A DNA stretch of 64,000 nt from Chloroflexota bacterium (GTDB lineage: Bacteria; Chloroflexota; Dehalococcoidia; Lucifugimonadales; JADFKI01): NCBI GenBank assembly GCA_027623195.1, contig JAQBUT010000004.1, positions 1-64,000 on the forward strand, in the 5' to 3' direction. The notes under the pieces were generated by a model. The model saw nothing but the letters and a program-made list of their open reading frames with translations. It had not been told where the DNA came from and did no database searches. Both the position numbers and the translations under genes were made by a program. Below, piece after piece: positions 28,607 through 40,266 of this stretch (positions within the stretch are counted from its first letter, which is position 1; each line of letters begins with the position of its first letter).

Positions 28607-30160
28607 ATGCCAAACGACAAAGTCATAATATTTGATACTACCCTGCGAGATGGCGAACAGTCCGCGGGCATCGGCTTGACCACCCACGAGAAGATGGAGA
28701 TCGCTAAGCAGTTGGACAGGCTGGGCGTCGACGTAATCGAGGCAGGCTTCGCAGCGAGCTCGCCCGGCGACTTCGAGGCCGTGCAGGCCATCGCACGAGA
28801 GGTACGCAGGCCCATCATAGCTTCATTGGCTCGGTGCGTGTTGCCCGACGTTGACGCAGCATGGGGGGCCATCAAAGACGCAGCGCATCCCAGGATTCAC
28901 GTCTTCATATCCAGCTCCGATGTGCAAATCATGCACCAGCTTCGGCGCAATCCCGAAGAGGTCATGGAAATGGCTATCGCCGCCGTGGAGCGGGCCAAGA
29001 GCTACTGCGACGACGTAGAGTTCTCGCCAATGGACGCCACTCGAACAGACATGGACTTCCTCTACAAGATGCTGGAGGGAGTGATCGCCGCAGGAGCCAA
29101 TACCATAAACATCCCGGACACCGTGGGTTACATCTATCCCTGGGAGTTCCGAGAGCGCCTGCGGTTGATTAAGGAGAACGTTTCCAATTTCGATCAGGCC
29201 GTTCTCAGCGTGCACTGCCACAACGACCTGGGTCAGGCCGTGAGTAATAGCCTGGCCGCGGTCGTAGAGGGTGCACGGCAGGTAGAAGGCTGCATCAATG
29301 GCCTGGGAGAGCGGGCAGGCAACGCCGCCCTGGAAGAAGTCATCATGGGTCTGGAGACCCGCAAGGACCTCTACAAGGTAGATACCAACATCGACACTCG
29401 CCAGATCTACCGCACTAGCAGGCTGGTTAGCGATATCACTGGATTCGCCGTCCAGCCAAACAAGGCCATTGTAGGAGCCAACGCCTTCAGGCATGCCTCA
29501 GGTATCCATCAGGACGGCATACTGAAAGAGCGCTCAACATTCGAGATCATGGACCCGCAGTCCATTGGCTGGCCGAATAACAAACTGGTACTGGGCAAGC
29601 TCAGCGGGCGCGCCGGCCTAAGATCCCGGTTGGAAGAGCTAGGCTACAACCTGGAAAAAGAAGCGCTAAACGAGGCCTTTGAGGAGTTCAAGCTCCTGGC
29701 AGATCGAAAGCCCGAGGTAACGGACACCGACCTTGAGTCCTTGATGTCCAGCCAACGCCGCACGGTAGACGTTCCGTCCATTTACCAGTTGGAGCATGTT
29801 CAGGTGTCTTGCGGTAACCGTGAGATACCAACCGCGACCATCACGATCATAGACCCCGACGGACGATCGATAACCGACGCCGCCACCGGCACTGGTCCGG
29901 TTGACGCGGTGTACAAGGCCATCAACCGCATGGTAAACGTGCCAAATAAGCTGACCGAATACCGTGTTGATGCTGTGACAGAGGGCATCGACGCCCTGGG
30001 GGACGTTACCATTCGTATCGAGAAGGACAACAAGGCCTACGTAGGCCGTGGCTCCGACGTTGACATCATCGTCGCCAGCGCCAAGGCGTACATGAATGCC
30101 CTGAACCGACTTCTGGCCACCGAGAGCACGCGCCCGGCCGCAGAAGTCCCTACTTCATAG
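28607..30160 (+). CDS. leuA: 2-isopropylmalate synthase
   Basis: DTTLRDGEQ, HCHNDLG, GERAGNA, C-terminal regulatory domain. Confidence 0.96.
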   Translation: MPNDKVIIFDTTLRDGEQSAGIGLTTHEKMEIAKQLDRLGVDVIEAGFAASSPGDFEAVQAIAREVRRPIIASLARCVLPDVDAAWGAIKDAAHPRIHVFISSSDVQIMHQLRRNPEEVMEMAIAAVERAKSYCDDVEFSPMDATRTDMDFLYKMLEGVIAAGANTINIPDTVGYIYPWEFRERLRLIKENVSNFDQAVLSVHCHNDLGQAVSNSLAAVVEGARQVEGCINGLGERAGNAALEEVIMGLETRKDLYKVDTNIDTRQIYRTSRLVSDITGFAVQPNKAIVGANAFRHASGIHQDGILKERSTFEIMDPQSIGWPNNKLVLGKLSGRAGLRSRLEELGYNLEKEALNEAFEEFKLLADRKPEVTDTDLESLMSSQRRTVDVPSIYQLEHVQVSCGNREIPTATITIIDPDGRSITDAATGTGPVDAVYKAINRMVNVPNKLTEYRVDAVTEGIDALGDVTIRIEKDNKAYVGRGSDVDIIVASAKAYMNALNRLLATESTRPAAEVPTS

Positions 30161-30188
30161 TCAAAGCTAGAATCATATAACGAAGCGA

Positions 30189-30212
30189 AGGGGCACGATT
30201 CACGTGCCCCTT
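30189..30212. terminator. Hairpin between leuA and leuC
   Basis: aggggcacg-attca-cgtgcccctt. Confidence 0.5.
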
Positions 30213-30243
30213 GCATATCCTACAGTGAGGTTTGTTGAGAAAT

Positions 30244-31644
30244 ATGGCGCCCAAAACAATGTTCGAGAAAATGTGGGACAGTCACATCGTCCACGAAGAG
30301 GAAGGACAGCCGACTGTACTCTACGTAGACCTACATCTAGTCCACGAGGTCACCTCTCCACAGGCGTTTGATGGCCTGCGCATGAACAACCGCAAGGTTC
30401 GGCGTCCCGAACTTACGGTAGCCACAGCGGACCACAACACGCCCACATGGGAACTAACCAAGCCAATCATAGACCCAATTGCCAAGGCACAACTGGACGC
30501 CTTGGACAAGAACTGTGATGAGTTCGGTGTAACGCTTTATGACCGATTCAGTCCTCTGCAGGGCATCGTCCATGTGATTGGGCCTGAGCAGGGATACACC
30601 CAGCCGGGCAAGATCATCGTTTGCGGCGACAGTCACACATCTACCCACGGGGCGTTTGGCGCATTCGCCATGGGCATCGGCACATCCGAGGTTGAGCACG
30701 TGCTGGCCACCCAGACGATTCGCCAGTTCAAACCCAAGACCATGGAGATACGCATCGACGGAACCCTGGGCAAGGGCGTTACAGCCAAAGACGTAATTCT
30801 GGCGATCATCGGAAAGATCGGCATTGGCGGCGCTACCGGCCACGCCATAGAGTACACAGGCGAGGTTATGCGGAACATGTCCATGGAGGGCCGCATGACG
30901 GTGTGCAACATGTCCATCGAGGGCGGCGCACGCGCAGGCATGGTGGCTCCCGACGACACAACATTCGAGTACATGCGAGGCCGCGCCCAGGTTCCCCAGG
31001 GTGACGAGTTCGACGCTGCCGTTGAACAGTGGCGTAACCTGGCCACCGACGAAGGCGCTACCTACGATACGGTCGTAACTATCGACGGAAGCTCTCTTGA
31101 GCCACACCTAACCTGGGGAACCAACCCGGGAATGGAAGGCCCTATATCCGGCAAAGTACCCAACCCCGCTTCTTACGAAGACGCTGGCGACAGAGAGTCC
31201 ATTGGCCGGGCCCTGGAATACATGGGGCTGGAGCCGGACACTCTAATGACGGACATAAAGCTTGATCGTGTGTTCATCGGGTCTTGCACCAATTCCAGAA
31301 TTGATGACCTGCGAGCGGCGGCCAACATTGCCAAGGGCAAGAAGGTCAGCGACAGCGTATACGCCATGGTGGTTCCGGGCTCCGCCGCCATCAAAAAGCA
31401 GGCGGAAGAGGAAGGCCTGGACAAGATTTTCACGGAGGCCGGTTTCGACTGGCGTATCGCGGGCTGCTCCATGTGCCTGGGGATGAACCCCGACATATTG
31501 AGCCCCGGTGAGCGCTGCGCATCAACTTCGAATCGCAATTTCGAGGGTCGCCAGGGCAAGGGGGGCCGAACGCATCTGGTCAGCCCTGAGATGGCGGCAG
31601 CGGCTGCCATAGCTGGCCACTTCGTGGACGTCCGAGACTGGTAA
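30244..31644 (+). CDS. leuC: 3-isopropylmalate dehydratase large subunit
   Basis: [37 protein letters not shown]. Confidence 0.97.
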   Translation: MAPKTMFEKMWDSHIVHEEEGQPTVLYVDLHLVHEVTSPQAFDGLRMNNRKVRRPELTVATADHNTPTWELTKPIIDPIAKAQLDALDKNCDEFGVTLYDRFSPLQGIVHVIGPEQGYTQPGKIIVCGDSHTSTHGAFGAFAMGIGTSEVEHVLATQTIRQFKPKTMEIRIDGTLGKGVTAKDVILAIIGKIGIGGATGHAIEYTGEVMRNMSMEGRMTVCNMSIEGGARAGMVAPDDTTFEYMRGRAQVPQGDEFDAAVEQWRNLATDEGATYDTVVTIDGSSLEPHLTWGTNPGMEGPISGKVPNPASYEDAGDRESIGRALEYMGLEPDTLMTDIKLDRVFIGSCTNSRIDDLRAAANIAKGKKVSDSVYAMVVPGSAAIKKQAEEEGLDKIFTEAGFDWRIAGCSMCLGMNPDILSPGERCASTSNRNFEGRQGKGGRTHLVSPEMAAAAAIAGHFVDVRDW

Positions 31645-31666
31645 AGCACTAACAGGAGACTAACAA

Positions 31667-32284
31667 ATGGAACCATTCATAAAGCATAACGGCGCCGTAC
31701 TCCCGCTTAACCGGGTTAACGTCGACACGGACCAGATCATACCCAAGCAGTTTCTGAAGCGCATCGAGAGGACCGGTTTCGGCCAGTTCCTGTTCAACGA
31801 TTGGCGCTTTCTGGAGGACGGCTCGCCCAACCCTGACTTCATCCTAAACAAGCCGGGCTATGAGAACGCTTCAATCCTGGTGGGCGGACGCAATTTCGGC
31901 TGCGGCTCATCCCGTGAACACGCGCCGTGGGCCTTACTGGACTATGGCTTCAAATGCGTGATAGCGCCAAGCTTCGCCGACATATTTTTCAATAACTGTT
32001 TCCAGAACGGCGTATTGCCGGTCGTCCTGCCCGAGGAGACCGTGAACCAGATCCTCGAAAAGGCGGAGGCCAACCCAGGCTACCAGCTTCACATCGATCT
32101 GGACGGCCAGCGTGTCTGGGACGAGGACGAGGAGATAGTTTCAGGCTTCGAAATCGAGTCATTCCGGCGCTACCTGCTGTTGAATGGGCTGGACGACATA
32201 GGCCTCACCCTGGAGCGCGACGACGAGATCGCAACCTTCGAGGCCAACCGCAGCACTCACGGCGGGGTTCTCACCGGCGACTAA
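31667..32284 (+). CDS. leuD: 3-isopropylmalate dehydratase small subunit
   Basis: [24 protein letters not shown]. Confidence 0.97.
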   Translation: MEPFIKHNGAVLPLNRVNVDTDQIIPKQFLKRIERTGFGQFLFNDWRFLEDGSPNPDFILNKPGYENASILVGGRNFGCGSSREHAPWALLDYGFKCVIAPSFADIFFNNCFQNGVLPVVLPEETVNQILEKAEANPGYQLHIDLDGQRVWDEDEEIVSGFEIESFRRYLLLNGLDDIGLTLERDDEIATFEANRSTHGGVLTGD

Positions 32285-32325
32285 GTTGCCGCACGAATAC
32301 CAACTACAGCAAATGCCATAACATC

Positions 32326-32352
32326 AGGGTCCGCTTATTGCGGGCCCTTTTG
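32326..32352 (+). terminator. Intrinsic terminator of the ilv-leu operon
   Basis: agggtccgc-ttatt-gcgggccct followed by a T run. Confidence 0.8.
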
Positions 32353-32856
32353 CTTGCACACCTAAACCCCACTCCTACTAATCGTTAATCTCACCTACCG
32401 TCCCTTCCCAACCACTAAACTGGGGTTGACTAGCTTAAACTCTTAAAGACATTCAAACGAGGAAAGACCATGATCCGACCACCGGAATGGGACTAATTCA
32501 GATCAAGTGTCGACCAGGCGAAGGTGCTCTTATAGCCGCCTCCCTCACCTTGGCCATGCCATAGCGCGCGGGTTAACAGAAATGTCACTCGCTCTCCACC
32601 CGTTTTGTCCCCAGTGTTATGTAAACTGCGGTCAAGGGCAGTGGGAGGACCCCCTTGCTTGGAAGGGCGATGTACCTCCTCCTCTAAGCAACTTCCTCTG
32701 CCCCGAACCACACTCCCCTAATCTTCCAACTGCATCATCTGCTATTCACCGCATTAATATTCCCTTCCCCTTGCGCAGACACCTCTCATGTATGGTTTGG
32801 CCTATGCCATGCTAGAGTTTCAGGCTTGAGTAATCTCTGACGAACCCAAAGTAAAT

Positions 32857-32893
32857 AAAACGGCCCCTGGCATTTAAGCCAAGGGCCGTTTTT
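32857..32893. terminator. Bidirectional intrinsic terminator
   Basis: aaaacggccc.tggc...gcca.gggccgttttt downstream of accDA. Confidence 0.8.
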
Positions 32894-32918
32894 GCGTGCG
32901 TTCTAATGGGTGTCCAGA

Positions 32919-34724
32919 TTAAACTTCGATTATCTCTTCATCGTTAACGGGCGTGCCGGACTGCCTCCGGGCGATTCGCCTTACACCAGTCGCCACGTAA
33001 CCCTGAAGTGCGCTGGCCTCGCGACCCACAGCGGTACGGAACCTGGAGCTATATTCGCCCATATTTCGAAACTTCTTGTACCTGCTTCGAAGCATCTTGC
33101 GCTTGGACTCAGAACGCAATTCCGCAAGCTCCTGAAGGAGAATGCGTCGTAGTTGCCTGCCCGCCTCCTCAGGATCGACGTGGGCGCCACCCGGTGGCTC
33201 CTGCACTATTAGGTCCACGATACCGTAGTCCAGACAGTCCTGCGCCGTAAGCTTTAGCGACTCGGCAGCCTCTTCGGCCCTAGATTCGTCCTGGTAAAGC
33301 AACTCGGCAGCGCCCTCAGGCGAGATGACCGTGTAGATGGCGTTCTCCATCATCAAAACTCGGTCCGCCACGCCCAGGGCAAGCGCACCCTCGCTGCCAC
33401 CCTCTCCAATGACGACAGATATGGATGGCGTCTCCAACTGACCCATTTCCGCCATCGTGCGTGCCAGGGCATTCCCCAGACCGCGCTCCTCGGAATCCAA
33501 GCTGTCATCCGCACCCGATGTGTCTATGAGCGTAATCAACGGCAGGCCAAACTTCTGAGCCAGCGCGATGGCTCTACTGGCCTTTCGGAATCCTTCGGGC
33601 CTGATGCCTGAGGAATCGTCGTAGCCAGACTTTCCTTTGCACTGGCCGATTACAACGACGGTCTGAGCCGCCAGTTGGCCGAATCCGCATAGAATTGCAC
33701 CGTCGTCGCCGTGTATTCGGTCACCATGTATCTCAACAAAATTGGTAAATATGCGAGCTATGTAATCGGACGAGGTGGGTCTGGACTCGTGCCGAGCCAA
33801 CTGAACGGAGTTCCAGGCTTCGACCTGTTGAGGCTCAACCGTAGGCGCAGCGGTTCTGTCGCCTGCAGTGAGCTGATATTGCGGTCCCAAAAGGTCTAAC
33901 ACGACGCTGAGGAGCGTTCGTAGGTGGGAGCGGTCTACCACGCCATCCAATAGGCCATGCCGCATGTGGGACTCAGCAGTATGGGCGCCGACCGGCAGAG
34001 GCTCATCGCTGGAGCGTTTGATCGCCCTCATGGGAGAGAAACCAATTATGGCCCCAGGTTCTGACACGACAATGTCGGCCAGGCTTCCGAAGCTTGCGTA
34101 TGTCTGTCCCGTGGCGGGGTTTGCCAGCACGGCGATGAAGGGGAGGCCCTTCTTGGCGAACTGGGTAGCGGCTATGCTAGTTTTGGCCATCTGCATTAGC
34201 GAGAGCACGCCCTCTTGTATACGAGCGCCTCCGCTGGTAATCACGGCGATCACCGGGAGTTTCTTCTTAGCCGCCTGCTCGAAAGCCAGCGCGACCTTTT
34301 CGCCCACAACGCAACCCATGGAGCCGCCCATGAATCCGAAGTCGAGCACTATGAGCATGGCGGGACAGCCGCCTACAGCACAGGTACCAGTCACCACGGC
34401 TTCAGTCAATCCCGTGCGCTTCTGGTCCTTAAAGATACGCTGCTTGTAGGAACCTTTGGAGGAGAAGGACAGCGGGTCCGTAGATGTGACGGACCGGTTG
34501 ATCTCTTGGAATGTATCCAGGTCGATGAGCGAGTCGATACGCTCTCGTGCGGTCATGCTGTAGTGGAATCTACAAACGTGGCAAACTCGGTGCCGGGCGT
34601 AAAGCTCTGAACCGGCAAATTGGGCGGCGCAAACTAAACAGGTTTCCCTGACTTCCGGATCGGCTTCTCCGTTATGGTCGCCTCCAGCAGAGCTGCTGAA
34701 GAGACCAGCAACACTTCGCACCAC
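32919..34724 (-). CDS. accDA: Fused acetyl-CoA carboxylase carboxyltransferase beta and alpha subunits (AccD-AccA)
   Basis: CxxC..CxxC zinc finger, FMGGSMG, SGGARIQEG (beta); PEGFRKA.R, GEGGSEGAL, ISPEG (alpha). Confidence 0.92.
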   Translation of the reverse strand: MVRSVAGLFSSSAGGDHNGEADPEVRETCLVCAAQFAGSELYARHRVCHVCRFHYSMTARERIDSLIDLDTFQEINRSVTSTDPLSFSSKGSYKQRIFKDQKRTGLTEAVVTGTCAVGGCPAMLIVLDFGFMGGSMGCVVGEKVALAFEQAAKKKLPVIAVITSGGARIQEGVLSLMQMAKTSIAATQFAKKGLPFIAVLANPATGQTYASFGSLADIVVSEPGAIIGFSPMRAIKRSSDEPLPVGAHTAESHMRHGLLDGVVDRSHLRTLLSVVLDLLGPQYQLTAGDRTAAPTVEPQQVEAWNSVQLARHESRPTSSDYIARIFTNFVEIHGDRIHGDDGAILCGFGQLAAQTVVVIGQCKGKSGYDDSSGIRPEGFRKASRAIALAQKFGLPLITLIDTSGADDSLDSEERGLGNALARTMAEMGQLETPSISVVIGEGGSEGALALGVADRVLMMENAIYTVISPEGAAELLYQDESRAEEAAESLKLTAQDCLDYGIVDLIVQEPPGGAHVDPEEAGRQLRRILLQELAELRSESKRKMLRSRYKKFRNMGEYSSRFRTAVGREASALQGYVATGVRRIARRQSGTPVNDEEIIEV

Positions 34725-34767
34725 CAGCCATGACCCTCATAAAGAAATCCAGTGTGATGTTAATCGA

Positions 34768-37452
34768 CTATACCTGATTCATTATAACATCCCGGGACTT
34801 GGAGCCGTCACTGGGGCCTACCACGGATTTTTCTTCCAATTCGTCCATTAGCCTCGCAGCTCGCGGATATCCGATACGCAACCTCCGCTGGAGCAGAGAC
34901 GTTGAAAGCTTGTTGTGCGCATGAGCCAACTCAACGGCCTTACCGAACATTTCGTCCGCGTAGGAGTCTTTTCCATCACTGGTATCTCCGTCAGAGCCGT
35001 CCTCGCTTTTCACGGGACGCAAGAATATCTGGGGTGTCCATCCCCTGGGTGTGGACTGCCAGAATTTGACCAGGTTCTCTATCTCTGCGTCGGATACGTA
35101 AGCTCCCTGTATCCTCTGGGGCCTGGAGGCGTCACGAGGCAGGTACAACATGTCGCCCTTGCCTATGAGCTTCTCAGCTCCTGTTGCGTCCAAGATCGTC
35201 CGAGAGTCGATGGACGACGTAACCCCGAAGCTCACACGGCTGGGGAAATTAGCCTTTATGAGGCCTGTAACGACGTCCACTGAAGGTCTCTGCGTGGCCA
35301 AGATCAGGTGAATGCCGGTAGCCCGACCCAGTTGCGCCAGACGACACAGAGCCTGCTCCACGTCAAAGGCTGCGGTCATCATCAGGTCCGCAAGCTCGTC
35401 CACAACCACCATAAGGAACGGCATCTGGTCTTCAGGTACCCGCTTGTTGTACACCTCGATATTCCTGACGCTAACCTCTTCCATGCGGCGATAGCGGTCC
35501 ATCATTTCACTGATGACACCCTTGAGCATGCCGACCACTTCGTCGGAATTGACCACCACCGGCGCGAGCAGGTGAGGTATGCCGTTATAAGGCGTCAGTT
35601 CCACGCGTTTGGGATCTATAAGAAGCATGCGCATTTCCGCTGGGCTTTTCTCCATTAGCAGACATGTCAAAATGGAGTTCAGGCAGACGCTCTTACCGCT
35701 ACCCGTTGCGCCAGCAATCAGCAAGTGGGGCATCTTGGCCAGGTCAATTACGACGGTTTCGCCGCCGCTGCCCTTGCCGAATGCTACTGGCAGATCACCG
35801 GAACGCTTTAGGCTCTGATATTCCTCGGTATTCATAACGCCGAGGAGGGTTACGGGACTGGGATTTGCGTTAGGTATCTCTATGCCAATCTGTGCCTTGC
35901 CCATCACAGGAGTCTCTATGCGCAGGCTGGGCGTCTTCAAGGCCAGGGACAGGTCCTTCTCTCTAGAAAGGATGCTGTCGACCTTGACGCGGGTCTTCTG
36001 CTCCATGCGTGTCACGATCTGCTTGCCACGCTCGTCCAGAACAGGCAGGCCATTTTCGTCAACCTTCTTGACCAGCTTGTCGCGCCTGACCCAGCCAGGT
36101 ATAAATCCGTACATCGTAACTGTAGGCCCGGGCCTTATCTGACCGACCTCAACCTCGATGTCGTAGTCGCCAAGCGTCTTCTTAATGATCTGTGCGGTCT
36201 CTAATATCTGGCTCTCAGATATTCCTTGCCCAGGCAGGTCCTTGAGGATACTGATTGGAGGTTTAGACCACTTCTCCTTGCGTTTTCCCAGGAGCGAAAT
36301 TGTTTTCACAATGTGGCCGTTGGAACCGCTGCTTTCGTTGATGGGAATAACGATATTCTCAGGCTCGACGACAGGCTGTGGGGCAGGAGTAGAGTCCGAT
36401 CCCCAAAAGCGGTTGAACTTGTTCCTTAAACCCGAGGTGCCTTCGTCGTCCACAGAATCTTCTGGCTCCAGGCCGTCAGAGCGTTCAAATTCAATTACGT
36501 CGTCCAAAGCCGATGGCGACGCCTGGTCGAAAATACTTACGGGCTCTGCCACATCTGCCCAGGCGTTATTAATTCCATCGCTGCCGTGGCGTTCGAATGC
36601 CGAATTCAGCTCACCATTTATGTCACTGGAAATGTCTTCTTCATCCTCGTATTCGTCACCAAGAAACGAAGCGGAGGGAAGAGTGGAAATAATCGATCCG
36701 GTGAATGCTGACGCAGGTTCGGGCATATGCGTGCCACCGTTCTGCGCGGAGATATCAAGTTCATCCAAGGAACGCAGCTTTGCGTAAGAGGAGTAGGCAT
36801 CAGAGCCGTTAGAGGTCGTTTCAAGAACCGGCTCTGCCATTTCTGTTGGGAGATTTTTCTTACGATATATTTTGCCTATGCCCCGAGCGGCAAGGACCAA
36901 CGAAATATACGCGTAGACCAGTATCTTGCCCAGGGCCATCACGGCAAAAGCGGCGAATACCGGGGACGCAAGAGCCACTATTGCGGCTCCAATGCCAACC
37001 ATTCTAAGGACGGCTTGCCATTCCACGGGGCCTGCAATCAGGTCTCCGGTCTCTCCTCCCAGGTTCACATAGCCGTTCAGGGTGAAGGAGTGCAACAGCC
37101 AATCATAAGTCTGGAAAAACGAAAGTACGCCGAGGGTGAGTGCAACGAGACCTATGGAGGCGACCCACAGCCGATAGTGCTTGAAAAGACGAGGTCTGAG
37201 GGCCAGAACGCCGACGAAGGCCACTAGCCATAACGCCACTGGAATGACACCCACACCCAAGTAAAAGAGGACCTCGTTTTGTCCAGTGAAGTAAAGCTGG
37301 GCCAGATAATCGCGGAACCAGTAGATGGCCACGCCAATTGCCACAACAGGAATTGCCAGAAGCTCGTGCCATGTCAGCCGCGATGTAATCGCCGCCATTG
37401 GGGACTTGCCGGACTGTTGGGACAGAGTAGTGTCTGCGCTGCTCTTGGCCAT
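34768..37452 (-). CDS. ftsK: DNA translocase FtsK/SpoIIIE
   Basis: N-terminal TMs, PHLLIAGATGSGKS, DELADLMM, ATQRPS, gamma domain LQRRLRIGYPRAAR. Confidence 0.95.
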   Translation of the reverse strand: MAKSSADTTLSQQSGKSPMAAITSRLTWHELLAIPVVAIGVAIYWFRDYLAQLYFTGQNEVLFYLGVGVIPVALWLVAFVGVLALRPRLFKHYRLWVASIGLVALTLGVLSFFQTYDWLLHSFTLNGYVNLGGETGDLIAGPVEWQAVLRMVGIGAAIVALASPVFAAFAVMALGKILVYAYISLVLAARGIGKIYRKKNLPTEMAEPVLETTSNGSDAYSSYAKLRSLDELDISAQNGGTHMPEPASAFTGSIISTLPSASFLGDEYEDEEDISSDINGELNSAFERHGSDGINNAWADVAEPVSIFDQASPSALDDVIEFERSDGLEPEDSVDDEGTSGLRNKFNRFWGSDSTPAPQPVVEPENIVIPINESSGSNGHIVKTISLLGKRKEKWSKPPISILKDLPGQGISESQILETAQIIKKTLGDYDIEVEVGQIRPGPTVTMYGFIPGWVRRDKLVKKVDENGLPVLDERGKQIVTRMEQKTRVKVDSILSREKDLSLALKTPSLRIETPVMGKAQIGIEIPNANPSPVTLLGVMNTEEYQSLKRSGDLPVAFGKGSGGETVVIDLAKMPHLLIAGATGSGKSVCLNSILTCLLMEKSPAEMRMLLIDPKRVELTPYNGIPHLLAPVVVNSDEVVGMLKGVISEMMDRYRRMEEVSVRNIEVYNKRVPEDQMPFLMVVVDELADLMMTAAFDVEQALCRLAQLGRATGIHLILATQRPSVDVVTGLIKANFPSRVSFGVTSSIDSRTILDATGAEKLIGKGDMLYLPRDASRPQRIQGAYVSDAEIENLVKFWQSTPRGWTPQIFLRPVKSEDGSDGDTSDGKDSYADEMFGKAVELAHAHNKLSTSLLQRRLRIGYPRAARLMDELEEKSVVGPSDGSKSRDVIMNQV

Positions 37453-37612
37453 TCGCCTTACCTCGTGTGGTGTGTTTGCTACCAATGGAAAATATGGTTC
37501 CATCTGTATTATGCGGTAGCAAGCATTACCAGGGTGTTACGGAAGATCACCTGAGGCACGCATACCATAAATTGTCCCGTAGAAAGGAAATGGCGCGGAG
37601 GGTATCTGCTAA

Positions 37613-39271
37613 TTACACCTGGTCGATGATAGTCAGCACTGTGGGGCGCCTTCGGGTCTCTTTAAACAGGAACCTGGAAATGGAATCCGTGACCTTGGCT
37701 TTCAACTCTTCCAACTCTAGGCCCCCTGCACCGCCCTCCTCTAGGTTTGTTGTGACCATTTTTGACGTTCTTTCAAAAAGGTCTTGGCTTTCGTCCAATT
37801 CCGCAAAGCCAGACGACACGACCTCAGGAGGAGAAAACGCCTTGCCTGTGCTCTCGCTGAGGACCACAGACACCACGACTACCCCATCCTTGGCCAGCCG
37901 CCGCCGCTCGGAGATTATGTTGCTGTGCATATCCAAAAGGTACCGGCCATCGACGAAAATGTGTCCAGCCTGGACCTTGTCAACGACATGCCCTTCTTTC
38001 GCCGTTAGCTCCAGCACATCGCCATCATCCAGGACAAACGTGTTTTCCTCTGGGATGCCCATGGACTGACCCAATTTTGCGTGGCTTATGAGGTGCCTGT
38101 GTTCGCCGTGAACCGGCACCAGATACTGGGGGTTCACCAGGCTGAGCATCATCTTCAGCTCCTCCTGGCTTGCATGGCCGTGGACGTGTACCGTCGCTAT
38201 GCGGCTGTACAGAACGTTGGCCCCTTTCCGGAACAGGTTGTCGATGGTTTTAGCCACCACCAACTCATTTCCGGGAATGGGAGATGCGGAGATTATGACG
38301 GTATCACCGGGAACGACCTCGACATCCTGATGCTGGCCGTTAGAGATCCGCACCAACGCAGAGGTGGGTTCGCCCTGGCTGCCCGTGGCCATAATGATGA
38401 CCTTATTGTGGGGAAGCTGCCGGGCATCCTTCATGGCGACTATGGTTCCCGAAGGAGCCGTCAGGTAGCCCATGTTAAGGGCCATGTTGACGTTGTTGCT
38501 CATACTGCGACCAACGACGGTTACCTTACGGTCGTACTTGATCGCCGCATCTATGACGTGCTGCACCCTGGAAATAAGGGAGGCGAAGGTAGCAACCATC
38601 ACCCTGCCCTTGGCCTCGCGTATGGCACTGTCCAGCGCCTCGCCTACGATCTTCTCAGATTCCGTGTAGCCCTTCACTTCGGCATAAGTGGAGTCAGAGC
38701 ATAGGAGCAGTACACCGTCTGCGGTGATTTGAGCCAGCGAGGCGAAGTCGGTTGCATGGCCATCAGCGGGCGTATGGTCGATCTTGAAGTCGCCGGTGTG
38801 GACCACGATGCCCAGTGGAGTGGTGATAGCTATCCCCATGGCATCTGGTATCGAATGACACACGCGGAAGAACTCCACGCGGAATTTGCCAACCTTGAAA
38901 GGCGCATAAGGCTCCACGACGTTCAAACGCGCGTCCTTGAGGGCGCCGCGTTCTCGAAGCTTCACGCTAATCAAGCCGTGGGTCAGACGCGAGGCGTACA
39001 CCGGCACGTCCAACTCTTTCAGCACATAGGGCAGCGCGCCAATGTGGTCCTCGTGCCCGTGGGTAATGAGGATAGCGCGTATCTTATCCTTGTTTTCGAT
39101 GAGGTACGTGATATCCGGTATGGCGAAGTCCACGCCAGGCATATCGCCTTCCGCGAATAGTACGCCCGCGTCAACTACAACTATGTCGTCCTCGTACTCG
39201 AAGACCATCATGTTTTGGCCTATTTCACCGAGGCCGCCCAGTGGGATAACCCTAAGAGGGGAATCTGGCAT
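37613..39271 (-). CDS. rnj: Ribonuclease J
   Basis: PLGGLGEIGQN, THGHEDHIG, HVHGHA, PVHGE. Confidence 0.96.
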   Translation of the reverse strand: MPDSPLRVIPLGGLGEIGQNMMVFEYEDDIVVVDAGVLFAEGDMPGVDFAIPDITYLIENKDKIRAILITHGHEDHIGALPYVLKELDVPVYASRLTHGLISVKLRERGALKDARLNVVEPYAPFKVGKFRVEFFRVCHSIPDAMGIAITTPLGIVVHTGDFKIDHTPADGHATDFASLAQITADGVLLLCSDSTYAEVKGYTESEKIVGEALDSAIREAKGRVMVATFASLISRVQHVIDAAIKYDRKVTVVGRSMSNNVNMALNMGYLTAPSGTIVAMKDARQLPHNKVIIMATGSQGEPTSALVRISNGQHQDVEVVPGDTVIISASPIPGNELVVAKTIDNLFRKGANVLYSRIATVHVHGHASQEELKMMLSLVNPQYLVPVHGEHRHLISHAKLGQSMGIPEENTFVLDDGDVLELTAKEGHVVDKVQAGHIFVDGRYLLDMHSNIISERRRLAKDGVVVVSVVLSESTGKAFSPPEVVSSGFAELDESQDLFERTSKMVTTNLEEGGAGGLELEELKAKVTDSISRFLFKETRRRPTVLTIIDQV

Positions 39272-39439
39272 ATTTAAAGGTTCTCAATCTTACCTAAATA
39301 GGTGCTAAAAATCAGCGCTAACTTCACTGTTTCGTAAGCTAAAATTATACTCGATTTCCCCCAGCCACGTAACAGAAATGCAGTCACATTTGGCTCAAGA
39401 AAACGGGTACCAAGCTATCACCATCCCACGAAAGACAGG

Positions 39440-40063
39440 CTAGAACATAGTCACCTGCTCGGATTTGGTAGGTTCCACGGCCGATGCTGACCCAGCACTT
39501 ACCACATCCGGCTGAACAACCTGCCCTATAAGCTCCGTTAGCTGGCCGAAGTCGTGCTCTAGCACAGGCCGCAGCTTGGGGTTGTACAGAGAAGCCGCTG
39601 GATGGTACATAGGGTACACAGTCAAGTCCTTCCAACGTCTCGGCTTCCCTCGTGCATTCGTTATCGATTCACCTGGAAAGAATTTGCCGAAAGAGAACCT
39701 GCCCAGCGTGACGATGACTTTGGGCTTAATCAACGCTATCTGGGCGTCCATAAAGCCAGAGCACGCGCTCAACTCGTCAGCCATGGGGTCCCGGTTGTCC
39801 GGGGGCCTGCACTTGACCATGTTGGTGATGTAGACGTCTTCCCTGCTAAGACCTATGCCCTCCAGCAGTCCTGTCAGCACGCTGCCGGCCCGACCAATGA
39901 AGGGCTTGCCATCTCTGTCTTCGTTAGAGCCCGGGCCTTCACCAATGAACATGATGTCAGCGGTTGGCGAACCTTCACCAGGCACCGCCTGAATCCTTCC
40001 CTTCGAAAGCACGCACTGGGTACAGGATTTTATTTGTTGAAACAGCTTTTCATATTCAGACAT
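39440..40063 (-). CDS. Uracil-DNA glycosylase family 4
   Basis: CxxC, GEGPG, KCRPP.NR, YHPAA. Confidence 0.93.
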   Translation of the reverse strand: MSEYEKLFQQIKSCTQCVLSKGRIQAVPGEGSPTADIMFIGEGPGSNEDRDGKPFIGRAGSVLTGLLEGIGLSREDVYITNMVKCRPPDNRDPMADELSACSGFMDAQIALIKPKVIVTLGRFSFGKFFPGESITNARGKPRRWKDLTVYPMYHPAASLYNPKLRPVLEHDFGQLTELIGQVVQPDVVSAGSASAVEPTKSEQVTMF

Positions 40064-40266
40064 GTTTTACTTCCCTGTATCTCAGACTCATTTCCTCGGG
40101 CGTCTCGCCCTGCATCTTATTTAAGACGTCTTTCAAGATTCAATACCATTCCTATGGATTTAAGATGACTTGTGCTTCCCGTCATGCCTCTCGGCCGTTT
40201 AGGCAAAACTATTTGTGTGGGTATGAACGCCTTGATATACTGACAGCGGAGGCACAGGCAGCATAT

